From NCBI RefSeq assembly GCF_036321535.1, contig NC_087437.1, positions 46,068,001-46,132,000 of the forward strand: a DNA stretch of 64,000 bases. Direction: 5' to 3'. The notes under the pieces were generated by a model that had not been told where the DNA came from, ran no database searches, and was given only the letters and a program-made list of their open reading frames with translations. Shown here one piece after another: positions 50,031-62,630 of this stretch; the first letter of the stretch is position 1; every line of letters starts with the position of its first letter. This stretch comes from Camelus dromedarius (taxonomy: Eukaryota). Both the position numbers and the translations under genes were made by a program.

Positions 50031-51979
50031 ATAGCCCTTTAAAATTTTAAATTGATGTAAAGTAAAAAGCATTTGTTAGATAAACAGCTGCCTAAATATA
50101 GGGCCATCATATAGAAGGTTGGACTTGGGCATGGGAGATGATGGGAAAATAATTGGAATAAAATTCTTCACAATTAACAGAATGCAGGAAGATGTGGTAT
50201 GTAAGGCAGTGGTTGGGGCCAGGCATGGAAGAAACTTTAAAAAAATCTATCAAGATATGATTACTGAGTCTTCATTTAAACAACACAACATTATATAACT
50301 TCTGTGCCATTCTTTGCTCATCAAAAACACTGTCACATCTTTTAAGGATTACATAGAAGATACATGAAATAATAAAGGCTTTATTTATAACAGGCTTTAT
50401 AAATAATACAAAATCATTGCTGTTTACTTTAGTTCTCATAATAGACTTGTACATAAAAAACAGACTAAAGTTTATTCTCATTGTGTAGATAAGGAAAGTG
50501 AGGCTTTCTATATGTAAGTAGTTTGTGTTCTCACAGCTGATCAGTAATAGAGTTCAAATCAAAACCGACTATATTGATTGGTATGTTGATGTAGGTGGTA
50601 TTGTTAGGATATGTGCATGTGTTTGCATAATTGAAATATTAATTTACATATTCTTACTTTATTTTATCTCTTCCTTTCCTCCTCCCCAAACCCTATCCCA
50701 GGGAGAATAGAAGCAGAGAGAAGGAGAGACTCTTTAAGACTGAGAAAGAATGGTAGTCTTCAGTTTATTGATGGAGCAGAGACTCATGCCCAGCTCCCCT
50801 GAAGCATCCTGGGGAAGCACTTGGAGAGAAATAACTCTGTGGTGTACCTCGAGAGACTGGACACTGGACTCTGGGGCTTTCAGTCCTGGCAGAGAGTTCT
50901 GCACCAGGCATGACAGGGATCAGCAGAGCTGTCTGAACTTGAAGGAGTGTGAGAGCTTGGACAGTGAGCACACGGCTGATGATTGGTGCTGAATGATGAC
51001 GAGAGGGCTTTGTCCAAATGATGTGACCTAGGTAAGTTCCCAGGGGCTTTCTCTCAACATGGAGGGGCCCAAAGAGATGAGGACTTATCCTCAAATCTAC
51101 TTTGATTTTGGAACAAAATGGAGTATTGTGACATTCTGCATAAGCCCTTGTTTGTTGACTAACAGTCATAGCTCCTACATGTGTATTTGTTTTTTGGGTC
51201 CAGAAGGCAAAAGCAGGGCAGCAGCAATGATGGAACTGTGATTCTGGGTATTAGCTTAAAAATTTGCTTCGTATCACCAAGGGCTTAAAGGGAAAAGAAT
51301 GGCCTTATGTGCACTTTAATATCACTATCAACCCAACATGTTTTCAGTTTATTATTGGTATGTGCCAGCGGCTGATTCACTTAGCTGTTTGGAAGAGAGT
51401 GCTAATGAGGCCAAGGTCAGGGTTCTTATTTCCATACAGGCAAATACACTTAGTGAAATAGAACTTCAGCTCCAGGCACCACAGATTAAATCCCTAACCT
51501 GCACCAACTTCCTCACAGATATATGTGCTGGGTTATGGGAGGTCAGGTGACAGGGTGTGAATGAGTCAGCATAAAGCCTTACCACCTCCAAGGGCAAGAA
51601 CTCAAAACAGATGTCCTTCAGAGATCCCTGAAATCTGTGTGATTGCTTATGAAGGAGAAAGCACACTGCCGCCATCTGCACAGATTCACAAAAAAGGAGT
51701 ACATGTAACCAGCTTCCTCTAGTTTCTCAGTAGAGTCTGATGGCGCCTGAGGCTCTGTCGTTAGTTGGTTTAGTGCCATATCATCTCTGCACTAAGCATT
51801 TTACTCATAAGATACACATATTGTGGTGTAATTTACAAAAATAATACAGATTTTTAAGAAGCATGTTAAAAATTCTGCAAAGTGAAGATGAGGATTTTAA
51901 GATTATCGTTTTAAATAAAAATTCTGAAGAGGAAACTATAATTAGAAGATAGGCAATATTCGTGAGACTTCCTTCTGTT

Positions 51980-52410
51980 ATTGTGGTATAATTTACGTAC
52001 AGAGCACTGGTCTTAAGAGTTTGGTGCAATGAAGTTTGACAACTGTGTATACCCATGTAATCACTACTCAAAACAAGATACAGAACATCTCTGTCATCCC
52101 AGAAAGTTCCCTTCTGCTCTCTTTCAGCCAGTCCCTCCTCTACTCTTCAGGTGACCGCTGTTCTATCACCACAATTTATCTTTGCCTTTTCTGGAACTTC
52201 ATATAGATGTATGTAGTTTTTTGTGTCTGGCATTTTTTACTCAGCATAACTTTTTGAGGTTCATGCTTGTTGTTACATTGTATCAGAAGTTTAATCCTTT
52301 TTATTTTGGCATGAAGTTACTACAATTTGTTTATCCATCATCCTGTTGATGAACCTTTCGATTGTTTCTTGTTTTCAATTCTTAGGACCAAGGCTGTTGT
52401 AAACATTTTC
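51980..52410 (-). mobile_element. Ancient L1 3'UTR (L1MB/ME-like)
   Basis: attgtggtataatttacgtacagag...acccatgtaatcactactcaaaacaagatacagaacat...ttgcctttt.ctggaacttcatata. Confidence 0.8.
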
Positions 52411-53923
52411 CTAAAATTATTAAACCCATGTTTAAGTCCCCATTTTTCATGCTAAATCTTTGCGAACAGAAAACATTCTTTACAGTAACCCCTATAAGAT
52501 CTTTACTGGTTCCTTTACTTTGCTCTGATTTTCTTTAATTGTCATCAAGATCCAGGAGTTTAAAAAAGCTAAGTGTTCCCAAGTGACTGGTAAATTATAC
52601 ATATAGTCTTGAGAGGAACAAAACAAAAAATCAGGTTCTCTGCACCCAGGTAGGCATTGCCTTCAACTTCCTGAGCGATGGCCTGGTTAAATCCATGTGT
52701 ATGTTTTTCTGTTCTGCCTCCCAAACCATCTCCTGTTTACCAATATGAGTTCATTCAGTTTGTTTTTTCATTCAACAAAAATTTGTCAGACTCCTGTTAT
52801 ATATTTGTTGGACTTGTGCTGAGCTCTGACTCATGATGGCAGGCGTTACATTTGTATCAGAACCCAGACAATAATGTAGGTGTGCCTAGCACATAAATGG
52901 GAACCAAACAGCTGTGTATTTTTGAATGAAGGAAGGAGCTCCCAGTTTAGTGTAGAGATTGACCTGAACACAAATAAACTGGTGTGGTGGAAGTATGGAG
53001 AGAGTATTGTGGAAATATCAAGATCACGAGTGTATGTTCCTTTTTTTACCTAGAGCCCATTTGCTTAGATTGTTCTACTGATACTTTCTCTGTTGGACTG
53101 TAATTTGTCTCTTTATAGCTTTCTTCCCCATTTCAGGGCAGACCAGAGACTGTTACCTATTAGTCTTGGTATCTGTAGCACTCAGTCCATGGCCTGGCAC
53201 CCAGAAGGGAGTGACTAACTCTGTCTAGGTTTGCCCCAAAACAATTATGCAGGAACAGGGACATTTATGATGGGCCTTGGAGAAGAGATCCTGGTGGTGA
53301 AGGGTGTTAAGGACGATCCAGACAGTAAGAAATTGTGGTCCTTTGGGTACTAATTATTTTCTCTCTTGAAAAATGTTCCCATTTAATTTCCTAAATCACC
53401 ATCATGATTTTGAATCCTTTTTAGCAATTCAGTTTTTAATTAACTTTTTAAAAGCCCTTTGTACATACACATCTACATAGCAAAATGGTCCTGAGCCAAG
53501 ATTTTTTCTTACAGAATATTATGTTCTTGTCATTTCTTTAAACAGTTATTCTGTTGAATGCCTTAAATACAAAAGAAGAATGACAAAAACAAAATAGTTG
53601 CCTAACATTTCAACAATGGTTTTTCTCCTGAATAGAATGAATAAAGGGAATTGTTATTATTATGATTTTTAGCCATTCCAGGTAGAATAATGATCCATTT
53701 TTCAAATAATTTAAAAAAATTAAAATGGTTTCTTCTTCATAATTGATAATCAAATGCTAACATAATTTATTGTTAAAAATATGCGTCCCATTGGTTTAAA
53801 GAGAATATTAACAAAGAAATTAGAATCTATTTCCCACTTATCATACAGGTAGAAACTGTGCATAAGGATTCAGGAAGAGTATTTTAGCATTAGTTTTTTT
53901 TTTTTTTCCCTTTATGCTTACAG

Positions 53924-53981
53924 ACTTTGGGTAAATTGCATAGGAAACTTCTCTGATTGAATGTTGGAGGTCATCTTTTTG
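53924..53981 (+). other. Candidate 58-nt internal exon (5'UTR or start-containing)
   Basis: Long T/C tract then TTACAG| acceptor at 53923; TTG|GTAAGC donor at 53981/53982. Stops in all three frames before an ATG at 53961. Confidence 0.45.
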
Positions 53982-55676
53982 GTAAGCGTGGCACAAAATG
54001 ATTCTAGGCATTACGAATTCTAAGATGTAAATTGCAGGAGCTTTGAAGATAGGAATGATTCTCCTAGGCAATGCATTGCACAAAGGAGCAGAGTGGAAAT
54101 GTCATCATTTATGTTTTATTTTGGAGAAGATCATCTCCTCAATTCTTTCTTTCTTTACTTTGCTTTAGCAGATTTTGACATAAAAGAAATCTCATATTCT
54201 TTGTAGATATAACGTGGAAGTCTAATATTTTAGAATTTAGAATAAAACTTTCTTTCCATGCTTTTAATAAGATTTTAAAGCATTTAAGAAGCATTAATTA
54301 AGCTTTACAAAGCAATTCTAAGATGATTTGATCAATTCAAAAACAGTCATAAAGTCTGTACTCAACTTTCAATTACTGTATGTCCCAGTGAAGAAAAAGC
54401 ACAGATAATACAAACCACAGATAATACCCAAAACATTTCTACTCAGTGAACAGTGGCAAAGATATTTTTTTAAAAGGCAGCTAGTCCCAAATCTTTTATA
54501 TTTGATCTTTGAATGCATGATATGATTTTTTTTCATGAAACCATGTGAAAATATGCTATCATAATTATGCTTTAATTAAATGAAATATACAGTGGTTTCA
54601 ATCTCCCTTTATATATGCTGATTACTGGAAGACATAACCATGTGTCAGGCTGTGTACCAGAAGTGGTCCAAAGATGTGTGTTTCTGCCTGTCTACAATCT
54701 GCAAAGTGAAATAACATACATAAGGTTGCATTTCATATTTGATAGGTAAAAATGAGGCCTACTATAGAGACAGATGACTTGTAGCAAAAGGTTAATAACA
54801 TAATTATTTATGATAGAGAGGAAAGAAGAGGGAACTAAGTTTTTCACAAAGAATGTTTGAGTAAATTACAGTCCATCAAACGCATGTCATTTGACTACCA
54901 CTAAAAAATTGTAACTAGGTGGCAACTGTCTAAACTGAGAAGTCTCTTCTTCTAGACTAATCCTTCTCTATTTCTGTGTGGATTGGATGCCCCTCCTGCA
55001 TTCTACCTTTGAGACTGAATATGACCTGAATATATTTATGTGCCGTGTTGTATTTCCTCTGAGAGATGCTATACTCTTTGACTGCTGGGACTGCTGCATG
55101 GCAGTATTATTTATCATTGAACTTCTAGATTCTAGCCAAGTGTCTGTCCCATGATTATCATTCACTAAATACTAATTTCAGTTGAATTGAATGTTATTAA
55201 TACAAAAAAAAAAAAAAAAAGGGAAATCAAGGAGAAAATGTATTCACAGCTACAAACACGGTCCCTATTCTCAGGCTTTTCTCTCTCTCCACCCACCCGC
55301 TTCCACATTTAGCCCTGACTCCTTCCTAGCTGGTTTCCTTGCTTGTTATCCAAGCACCAGAGGGGATGCCTTAGAGTGGCAAGATGATGGGCTGTCACGG
55401 TGATGTACAAAGTCTACCTGGCATTTAGATGTGATAGTTTTGATGGAGAAGCAATTTTCTGATATAAAAAATAAAACACTAAACTTTCAGTTTTCAAAGA
55501 GGAATCAGTGAGTATGCTCAACATACACTCTCACCCCGCAGCCGAGCCTCACCCCAGACCTAACCAAATCAAGTCTCCTCAGTGACCTCTAGAAAGAAAC
55601 ATGAGTGGCAAGGTCAGTGGTCACGCCAGGGCCGAAGTTTCCTGACCCTTTGGGCAGTGCCTTCTGAGTGCCCCGC

Positions 55677-56022
55677 TGTCTTAAGCAGCTCAGGCTGCCA
55701 CAGCACATTACCGCAGACCAGGTGGCTTAAGCAGCAGACATTTAGTACTCATTGTTTTGACAGTTCTGGAGGCTGAGAAGTCCAAGGTCATGGTGCTGCC
55801 AGATTCAGTGTCTGGTGAGGGCTTGTTTCCTGAATTGCAGACAGACACTTTTTCCCTGTATCAAAGAGAAATGGAGAGAAACAGAGAGAGACAGAGATCT
55901 CCACCGTGGGGACTCCACCCTCATGACCTCATCTAAACCTAGTTGCCTCCTAAGGTTCCACCTTCAAATACCATCACATTGGAAGTTAGGGCTTCAACAT
56001 GTGAACTTGTGGGGGACACATT
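55677..56022 (-). mobile_element. MaLR LTR (MLT1A-like)
   Basis: cagttctggaggctgagaagtccaaggtca..gtgctgccagattcagtgtctggtgaggg...ccaccctcatgacctcatctaaacct...ttagggcttcaacatgtgaa. Confidence 0.9.
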
Positions 56023-57869
56023 TGAATTTGGGTGGTTGGCACCTGGAGTGTTTATCTTCAGATGCGAGGTCATCTGCCACCTGATTGGAGCTTCAAGGGC
56101 TCTTAGAGTATGCTGACCTCTTCCTCCCCAGCATTTACCACTGGTTGTAGTTATATTCCTATTCATGTGATTTTATTTTTTGCTCCTCTCTCCCTGTAGG
56201 CAAACACCATACATTTTTGTCTTGTTTTGTTGTTGCTACTCTATCCTCAAGCTTAGCGCAGTGTTTGGCACATAATACACATGTGTACATATTGCTTGAC
56301 TGGATAAATGAATTCATTCAAGTTCATTGTGTGCATCCTTGGTGGGACTGAGTTAGCAGTTGGAGTAATCAGGCAGAGCTTCATCAATGGAGCATAAGGC
56401 AAAAGCACAGTTATCAGTGAAGGTTGGTTGGGGCCAGAGAAGTAAGCCGTGGATGCTGAGACTCAGAATCCAGGGTCACACTTACCTGTCCCTCTTGCCT
56501 AGGCTAGCACTGGGTCCTGGAGCTTTTGGATTAGGGCGGAGCACAGGTGTCCATAGGTGCTGTCACCGGCTTGCAGAGGTCTTGAGGCTGTGTTGTCGGG
56601 AAGCAGCACAGGGCTGACATAGTGTGTTTTAAATGTATTTGGTTCAATTCATTGCTTTAATCTCAGAAGGCTATTACAGATCTCTCTCAGAGTTAAGAGT
56701 GTACACGAAACTCTTTTTCTCCTCTTCCCTCCCTGAATTCTTTGGTCCAGCCTGGACTATGATACCTGAAGTGAAGGAAACACCAGCAGTCATCTGAAAA
56801 CATGTCACTTCCACCACCACAACCCTAGTTCTCCAAACAGCTTGAGTTCTTTTGGCCTACTGCGCACGCACACACACACACACTCTCTCTCTCTCACTCA
56901 CTCACTGGGTGGAAACCTATAGGTTTGGGCACAGAAAGCACATCGAGAAAGCAGTACTTGGAGTCCTTGCCCCTGCCTGGAGGAGGCCTTCATAAAAGAG
57001 TTGTTTCTGTCCCCACTGTAGAAAGTTGTGCAGGGGGGCCTAATGGGATCCTTCTGTAATTCCCCGTGTACAGGAGTGGATCATATACATCAGTCAGCTC
57101 AGCCCTTACATTCAGGGACTGAGGGAATCTCACATTGTCCTCTGTACCCTGACCCTCGGCTGACGCTTAGCTGTGGTGCTCAGTTTCTCTCATTCACAGG
57201 AAGGCCAGTGCTGTCTTCCAGTCAAGTTCTCTCTCCAATAAACCACTCTGCTTAGGGCTCACCCTTGTGTGATAAAACTGTGGCGGGCCTAATAATAGAA
57301 ACCACAAATCCTGCCTGCCAATCCTGCATTCTAACCTCTAATCCACTTGTAGCAAGGGCAAATGTTTTCAGGAAAATAAAATGACACTGCATAGAACACA
57401 GGGACACAACTGTTCCTATTGTCAGATCTTCCACTCAAAAGCCTAGAAATAAGGGGCTGGATTCCACCCTCCACTCCTTGGTCACCTAGAGGAAGTTTCA
57501 ACCTTCCTCTAATTTCTAATACATCCTGATTTACGAAAGCCACGGAAAAAATGAAAAGGGAACACAGGCAGGAGGGGGAAAGAGGCATGAGACATTTCAT
57601 CATTGTTACAACTCAGTCAGTGACAGGAATTTGTCTTTTGTGTTTCAGTACAAGTCAAAGAGCCTAATGGAAGTTCAGTATTAGATTAATAGGACTCTCA
57701 CATCTGTCAAATGGAAAGTTGGCTGAGTGGGTGAATTCCTTAATTGAGTGAGTGGATTTGAGGACCTGAGGCAGCCTGCTTGGTGGAAAGTGTCCTCACA
57801 AAACCTAAGGGTGAGCCCCAGCTCACCTCTCCTGTCTGGTTCAAAGGGACAAACTATTTCATCTCCCAA

Positions 57870-58015
57870 GCCTTGAAACTCTTATCTCTAAAACAGCATT
57901 GAAAGTAACAGCCTTATGTGCAGCACAGGGCTGTTTTGAGGCTCAGTGAGAGAGAGTGTATGGGAAATGCTGTATAAACTGTAAATCTATCTATAACTAT
58001 GAGGAATTATTATCA
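57870..58015 (+). mobile_element. MIR fragment
   Basis: cacagggctgttttgaggctcagtgaga...aatgctgtataaactgtaaa. Confidence 0.6.
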
Positions 58016-60399
58016 CTGGACACAAATCCATTTATTGTTTCTGATTGGCTGTACACATAATTCAAATTCCGCAGAATATAGCTCAGCCTTCATTTCTAGC
58101 TGTGTGGTATGCAGCTTCTAAACAGTTCTACTGAAATCTTGCCTCTTAACCTTTAATCCTGAGGGCCTACAAAGAGCTCTGGCCCTCAGTTAACTGTTAC
58201 ATCTCCAGCCTGCTGCAGGGCAGGGATTCCTGATTTGATCTGCGTGTTAACCGGCTCAGCCCTTCTGTGGCTTGGCCAGCGAGGTGCTTGCACAAAGACA
58301 CAAACCAGAGTGGAATTATACACGAACTTTGGTGTGAGATGAGTTCTGGGAAGAATCTGATTTAGCAAATGAGATATGTAAACAGGACTCAGGAAGCTGT
58401 GGCTGCAGCCTTCTCTTAGGAGGCTTAAACTACCTCAGTTTTGAAACCCCTTGTTTGCTTTGCTGTGTGGTGAATGCCAGTGAACTAACAATGTATATTG
58501 AGACTTCTCAGCTAGAAATGTGATAAAATTTAAAATACTATTCTCGTTTAGTATAATTTTGGAATTTTCATGGCATTAATAAAACTAATGAGAAACAGCC
58601 TTATGCTGTCGAGGAGGGAGGGTGAGGATAATTTCAGCCCAAGTTTTGGAGCAGTTCAGTTGTCTCTAAATGCATGACAATAGATTTATTATTGAAGAAA
58701 TAAAGAGGTCAGGCAAAATCTGCAACTGATTAAAGGTAAATGAAGACAGCCATTTACCTTTTTTTTTTTTTTTAACAGATAACAATTTAGTAGTTTCTTG
58801 TGTATCTTTCTACACATATAAGCAAAATAAATACATATTCATATTTCCCCCCATACCTCACGAAAGGGAAGTCATCCAGTCTTTTATGTCAGCAAACTCA
58901 TAGCCCATGTTTAAATAAAAATAATAAAACACAGCTATAAGAGGGTGGATGTTTCAAGCCTCGACTTTGGCTAGTTTTAACTTCTGAATGTGAGTGTCAT
59001 TGTGGTTACAAATACATGGCTTGCTATGGTAGTTGCTAGTCAGTTTTTCCTTGGTTCCCAGAGGCTGCCAATAATACACATTTACCTTCACTCTAGTCTG
59101 CAGTGAAAATAAAATCAGAAGAGAAAGAAGAAGATATGAAGTGGAACAATGTGGTTGGGAAATTCCCTTACCTTTACCCTTGAAAAAACAAAGAAAAAAA
59201 AAAAAAGAAAAACTCTCTTATAAGTAAGGCCAAAGAGAATATTAAATACATACAGTATGAGTCAAGGAAAATTGTGTTAATGTTTATTCATCGAAGTGGA
59301 TCATTGGTCTTGGCTGCATATGTGAAATGTAAGGGTGGCAGTCTGGGCTCTCTGTCAGTGCGTTTGTATCAAACCACAAGTGTCTGGGTTCTTATTGCTT
59401 AATTGCCTTGTTTCTAGGGTGTTTTGTTTCTGGTGGTTGTTGTTGTTTTTTCTTCTTGTATTTGGCCCTTGAGTATCCAAAGAATGATTTGTTAACAAGA
59501 AATAAGACTAGCCAACAAATGAAGAAAAATTAGAGAATTCCTCCATGATTTAAGACAAGATTTAAGTTTCTTTTTAGTCTTTTGTTTTTCCAAGCAGATT
59601 TAATTTAGAAGTACGAATCAAGAAAAATTACAACATCATGCTCTGGCTAGCTTTGCCTCAGATAATGGCTTGTGTGACCAATGGAAGTCTTGGGGGAAGG
59701 GAAATTCAAAGAGCAATGAGGAACTTCTCTGTCATCTCAGGGTTTCACAATATACACAGGAAACATTTGTAGCTGGCCCTCCGTTAGCCCAAAAGATTAG
59801 CTAATCCCTCATTTCACCATAAAATGTATTTTCAGCACAGGGTCCTGAACTGCATGCAAAGACTCAGTGTGGCAGGCTCACAGTCCCGGATTACGGCTGA
59901 GAGATGCTTTACACCGTTCATGCAGACGTGGGCGGTCAGCAAACTGGGATAGTTCCTGGGGATGTGCTGGGTTGGCCTGAGCCTCTCTGTAGCCCACCAG
60001 TGGAGCAAGACGATGCCCATGTCCAGCCTGCCCTGTGAATTCTGCAGCAGTGTTCTTAACAGTAGTATCAGATTCCTGAAGCCCAGAGATGGATTAATTG
60101 TCCAGGTGCTTCAGCCAAATTCCGACTCAAATTGATACATCCTGTCGATACCACCTTTCACTCCTGTATAGTGGAACTGTGACCTCCTGGTGTTCACACA
60201 GGAAAGACAAGCAGCTACATTTTACCATGGTGGTTTCAAAATACCTTTACCATCAGTCTGCAGCCTCTTCACCACTTGTGAATTGCCCACCAGCTCTTTC
60301 TTCTCTGGACATAGTCATTTATTTCAAAAATACCTGGTGGAATTTTGAAATTATAATTATTTTAATTTGTATAGAGAATTCATCACAGATTTATTGTGC

Positions 60400-60520
60400 T
60401 AGAGGAGGCTTTAGCGATTATCTTGTCCTATGGCCCAATGCCTTTTATTTTACAGATAAAGATATGAGAAGCCCAGAGAGGTTAAGTGCCTTGCTCAAGG
60501 TCACTCAGCAAGTTAGCCCG
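60400..60520 (-). mobile_element. MIR fragment
   Basis: attttacagataaaga..tgagaagcccagagaggttaagtgccttgctcaaggtcactcagcaagttag. Confidence 0.8.
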
Positions 60521-61503
60521 GGTAGATTCGCTGTGTGAGCACAGGGTAAATTTCTAAACTGTCCCCACAGGTTCCATGTTTTCACAGCTCCTCATTAAGC
60601 AAAGGCCCTAAGAGAGCAGTTTTGTCACACATTCGAGGTACCACTTTTCACCTCTAAGACGTTGTGGGGATACCAGCAAGAATGCCATTGGCCTGAGATC
60701 AGCTTGGAGGGTCAGCTGCTCCCAGCATTTCCTGTGCACTGAGGCAGTGTGACAGCTGGGGGGTATCTATCACATTTGTCTTTCTGAAAAAAACCCCATA
60801 ACTAAGCTGGAATTTAGCATAGATTCCAAATCACAAATATGACCAAATTCATGTGCTTTACCCATCTTGTACCACAAGGTTCTCTCTCTATATATGTAAA
60901 ATACAAAAATATAAAACAAACAATAGGAATGATTAGGGTGAAGGGAAAATTGTTTTTGATAGGAAATTGATAAAGATAGGCAAAATTTGTACATAGAAAT
61001 AAATAGTATAAAGTCCCTGTTCAGTTTCTGGAGAAGGATGTCTGCTTTGACCCTGAGTTGCTTAGTGGCCTTAGCAAAGTGGGACAGATGATCTGTTATA
61101 AGATTCAGAATATTTGTAACATTAAAAAAATTGAGAGAAGCATAGTTTTTACTCATAAAGATGGGAGAGAAGTTCTTCCCTTAATACCATCCTCTCAGTA
61201 GATATAACTGGATTTCTTACAGCTGTGTCTCATTATTTTCCTCATTGCAAGCCAAAGGCACAACAACTCACGCAAATTAGAAAACATGTTTCCAGGATAT
61301 TGAGTGTGGGAGCAAAACAACGGCTCTAAGTACACACTGAGATGTTTGGAAATCAGTAGATTATATGTCCTTCAGGAAAACTTCTGTAGCTACTATTCTT
61401 TAAAGCTTTTTTAGAATAATTATTGGGCAGCAGAGAGAGAAGGAATTTAATAGAGAGTCCAGTGAAGATAGCGTTTCTGGAAGCAAAGGCTAGTTGTAGT
61501 CCC

Positions 61504-61925
61504 TGTATAGTCAGGCCATTCAAGATGGCTGTCCTCTTGCTCTCTGTACATCCCCTGCTCAACCAGTCCCTGCTTCACTCACATGACTATCCAGTGCTCT
61601 TAATAATAGGGCTTACTCAGTAACTGCCTGTGTGCTTGCCCCTCCCCCAGCCACTGGTTTCCCTGGTAACTGATGAGCCCACCTGATGTTAGTTCCCCCA
61701 TAAATGGTAGCCTCCTTCTCCCCCGAGTCATGAAGACTGCTGCCATGTCCTGCCTGCTGTCAGTAGTCCGTGGTGGGGGTGTCCCAGCAGGACCTTCTGC
61801 TTGAGGTGTATAAGATCCTCTGTCCAATAAACCATTGATGTCTCTGTCACTGTCTCCAGGATCCTTCTTCAGTCTTGAAGCTGGGCAACTACAAGGCTTG
61901 CAAGCCTGTGGGGTGCAGCCCAACA
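61504..61925 (+). mobile_element. Solo ERV LTR (422 bp) with perfect 5-bp TSD
   Basis: TG...CA termini (TGTATAG...CCCAACA). GTCCC at 61499-61503 and 61926-61930. TATAAG at 61809-61814 and AATAAA at 61826-61831. Confidence 0.88.
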
Positions 61926-62255
61926 GTCCCCAGTATCCATGTTGCCTGCTTCTTTGGGGGCCACAGCCAGACTACATTTCTCAGTCACCTTTGCAGTAGA
62001 TGTGACCATGTTGTGACTTAACTTTCCTGGCCGACCCTTGCTCCATTCTCTTTCTTTTCTTATAAACCTTTTGAACCCGAGAATCTCCAGGAGGCCAGAG
62101 CTACAGGGTGGAAGGAGCCTAGGCCCCTGAATGACTGTGAAGAGCAGAGTCTACCACTAGTCTACAGTAGACTCTGACATGAGCAGGAAATACATTTTTA
62201 TTGTATTTTTTGAGTTTGGGTGTTCCTTTGTTTCAGCAGCTAGTATTATATTAAA
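61926..62255 (+). mobile_element. Older class III LTR (MLT1/LTR33-like) hosting the solo LTR
   Basis: ccagactacatttctcagtcacctttgcagtagatgtgaccatg...ggaaggagcctaggcccctgaatgactgtgaagagcagag...tttgtttcagcagcta. Confidence 0.65.
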
Positions 62256-62424
62256 TAGTATAATCTCTAAACCTTTCAAATTGTAGGTCACATTGATGAG
62301 GCAAATATCTTAAATAGCTACATAATCCAGTCACTCCTCTTTACATTGAAAAAACAACCACCCAAATGACTATTTTTTCAAGGCCTTGTCATTTGACTTC
62401 CATTTGTCTCTGGGAAACTGATTA

Positions 62425-62630
62425 GTTACTAGAGTCAGACTGCCTGGGCTTGAGCCTTAACTTTGACATCTGTGTGCCCTGGACAAGTTACCTTACTTAC
62501 TTCTCTAAGCCTCAGATCCCCACCTGTAAAATGGGGGTAATAATCAGACCTGCTCTCCGAGTTGTAGAGGGCAGAAAGTGCTCAGCGGGGACTTGGCATC
62601 TAGCAAACACATGATGAATGTCAGCTGGTG
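62425..62630 (+). mobile_element. MIR SINE
   Basis: gagtcagactgcctggg...ggacaagttac...ctctaagcctcag..cc.cacctgtaaaatgggggtaataat. Confidence 0.85.

Noticed and set aside
62146..62177. Inverted repeat CAGAGTCTAC...GTAGACTCTG
   Set aside because: Short, inside an old LTR, with no supporting context.
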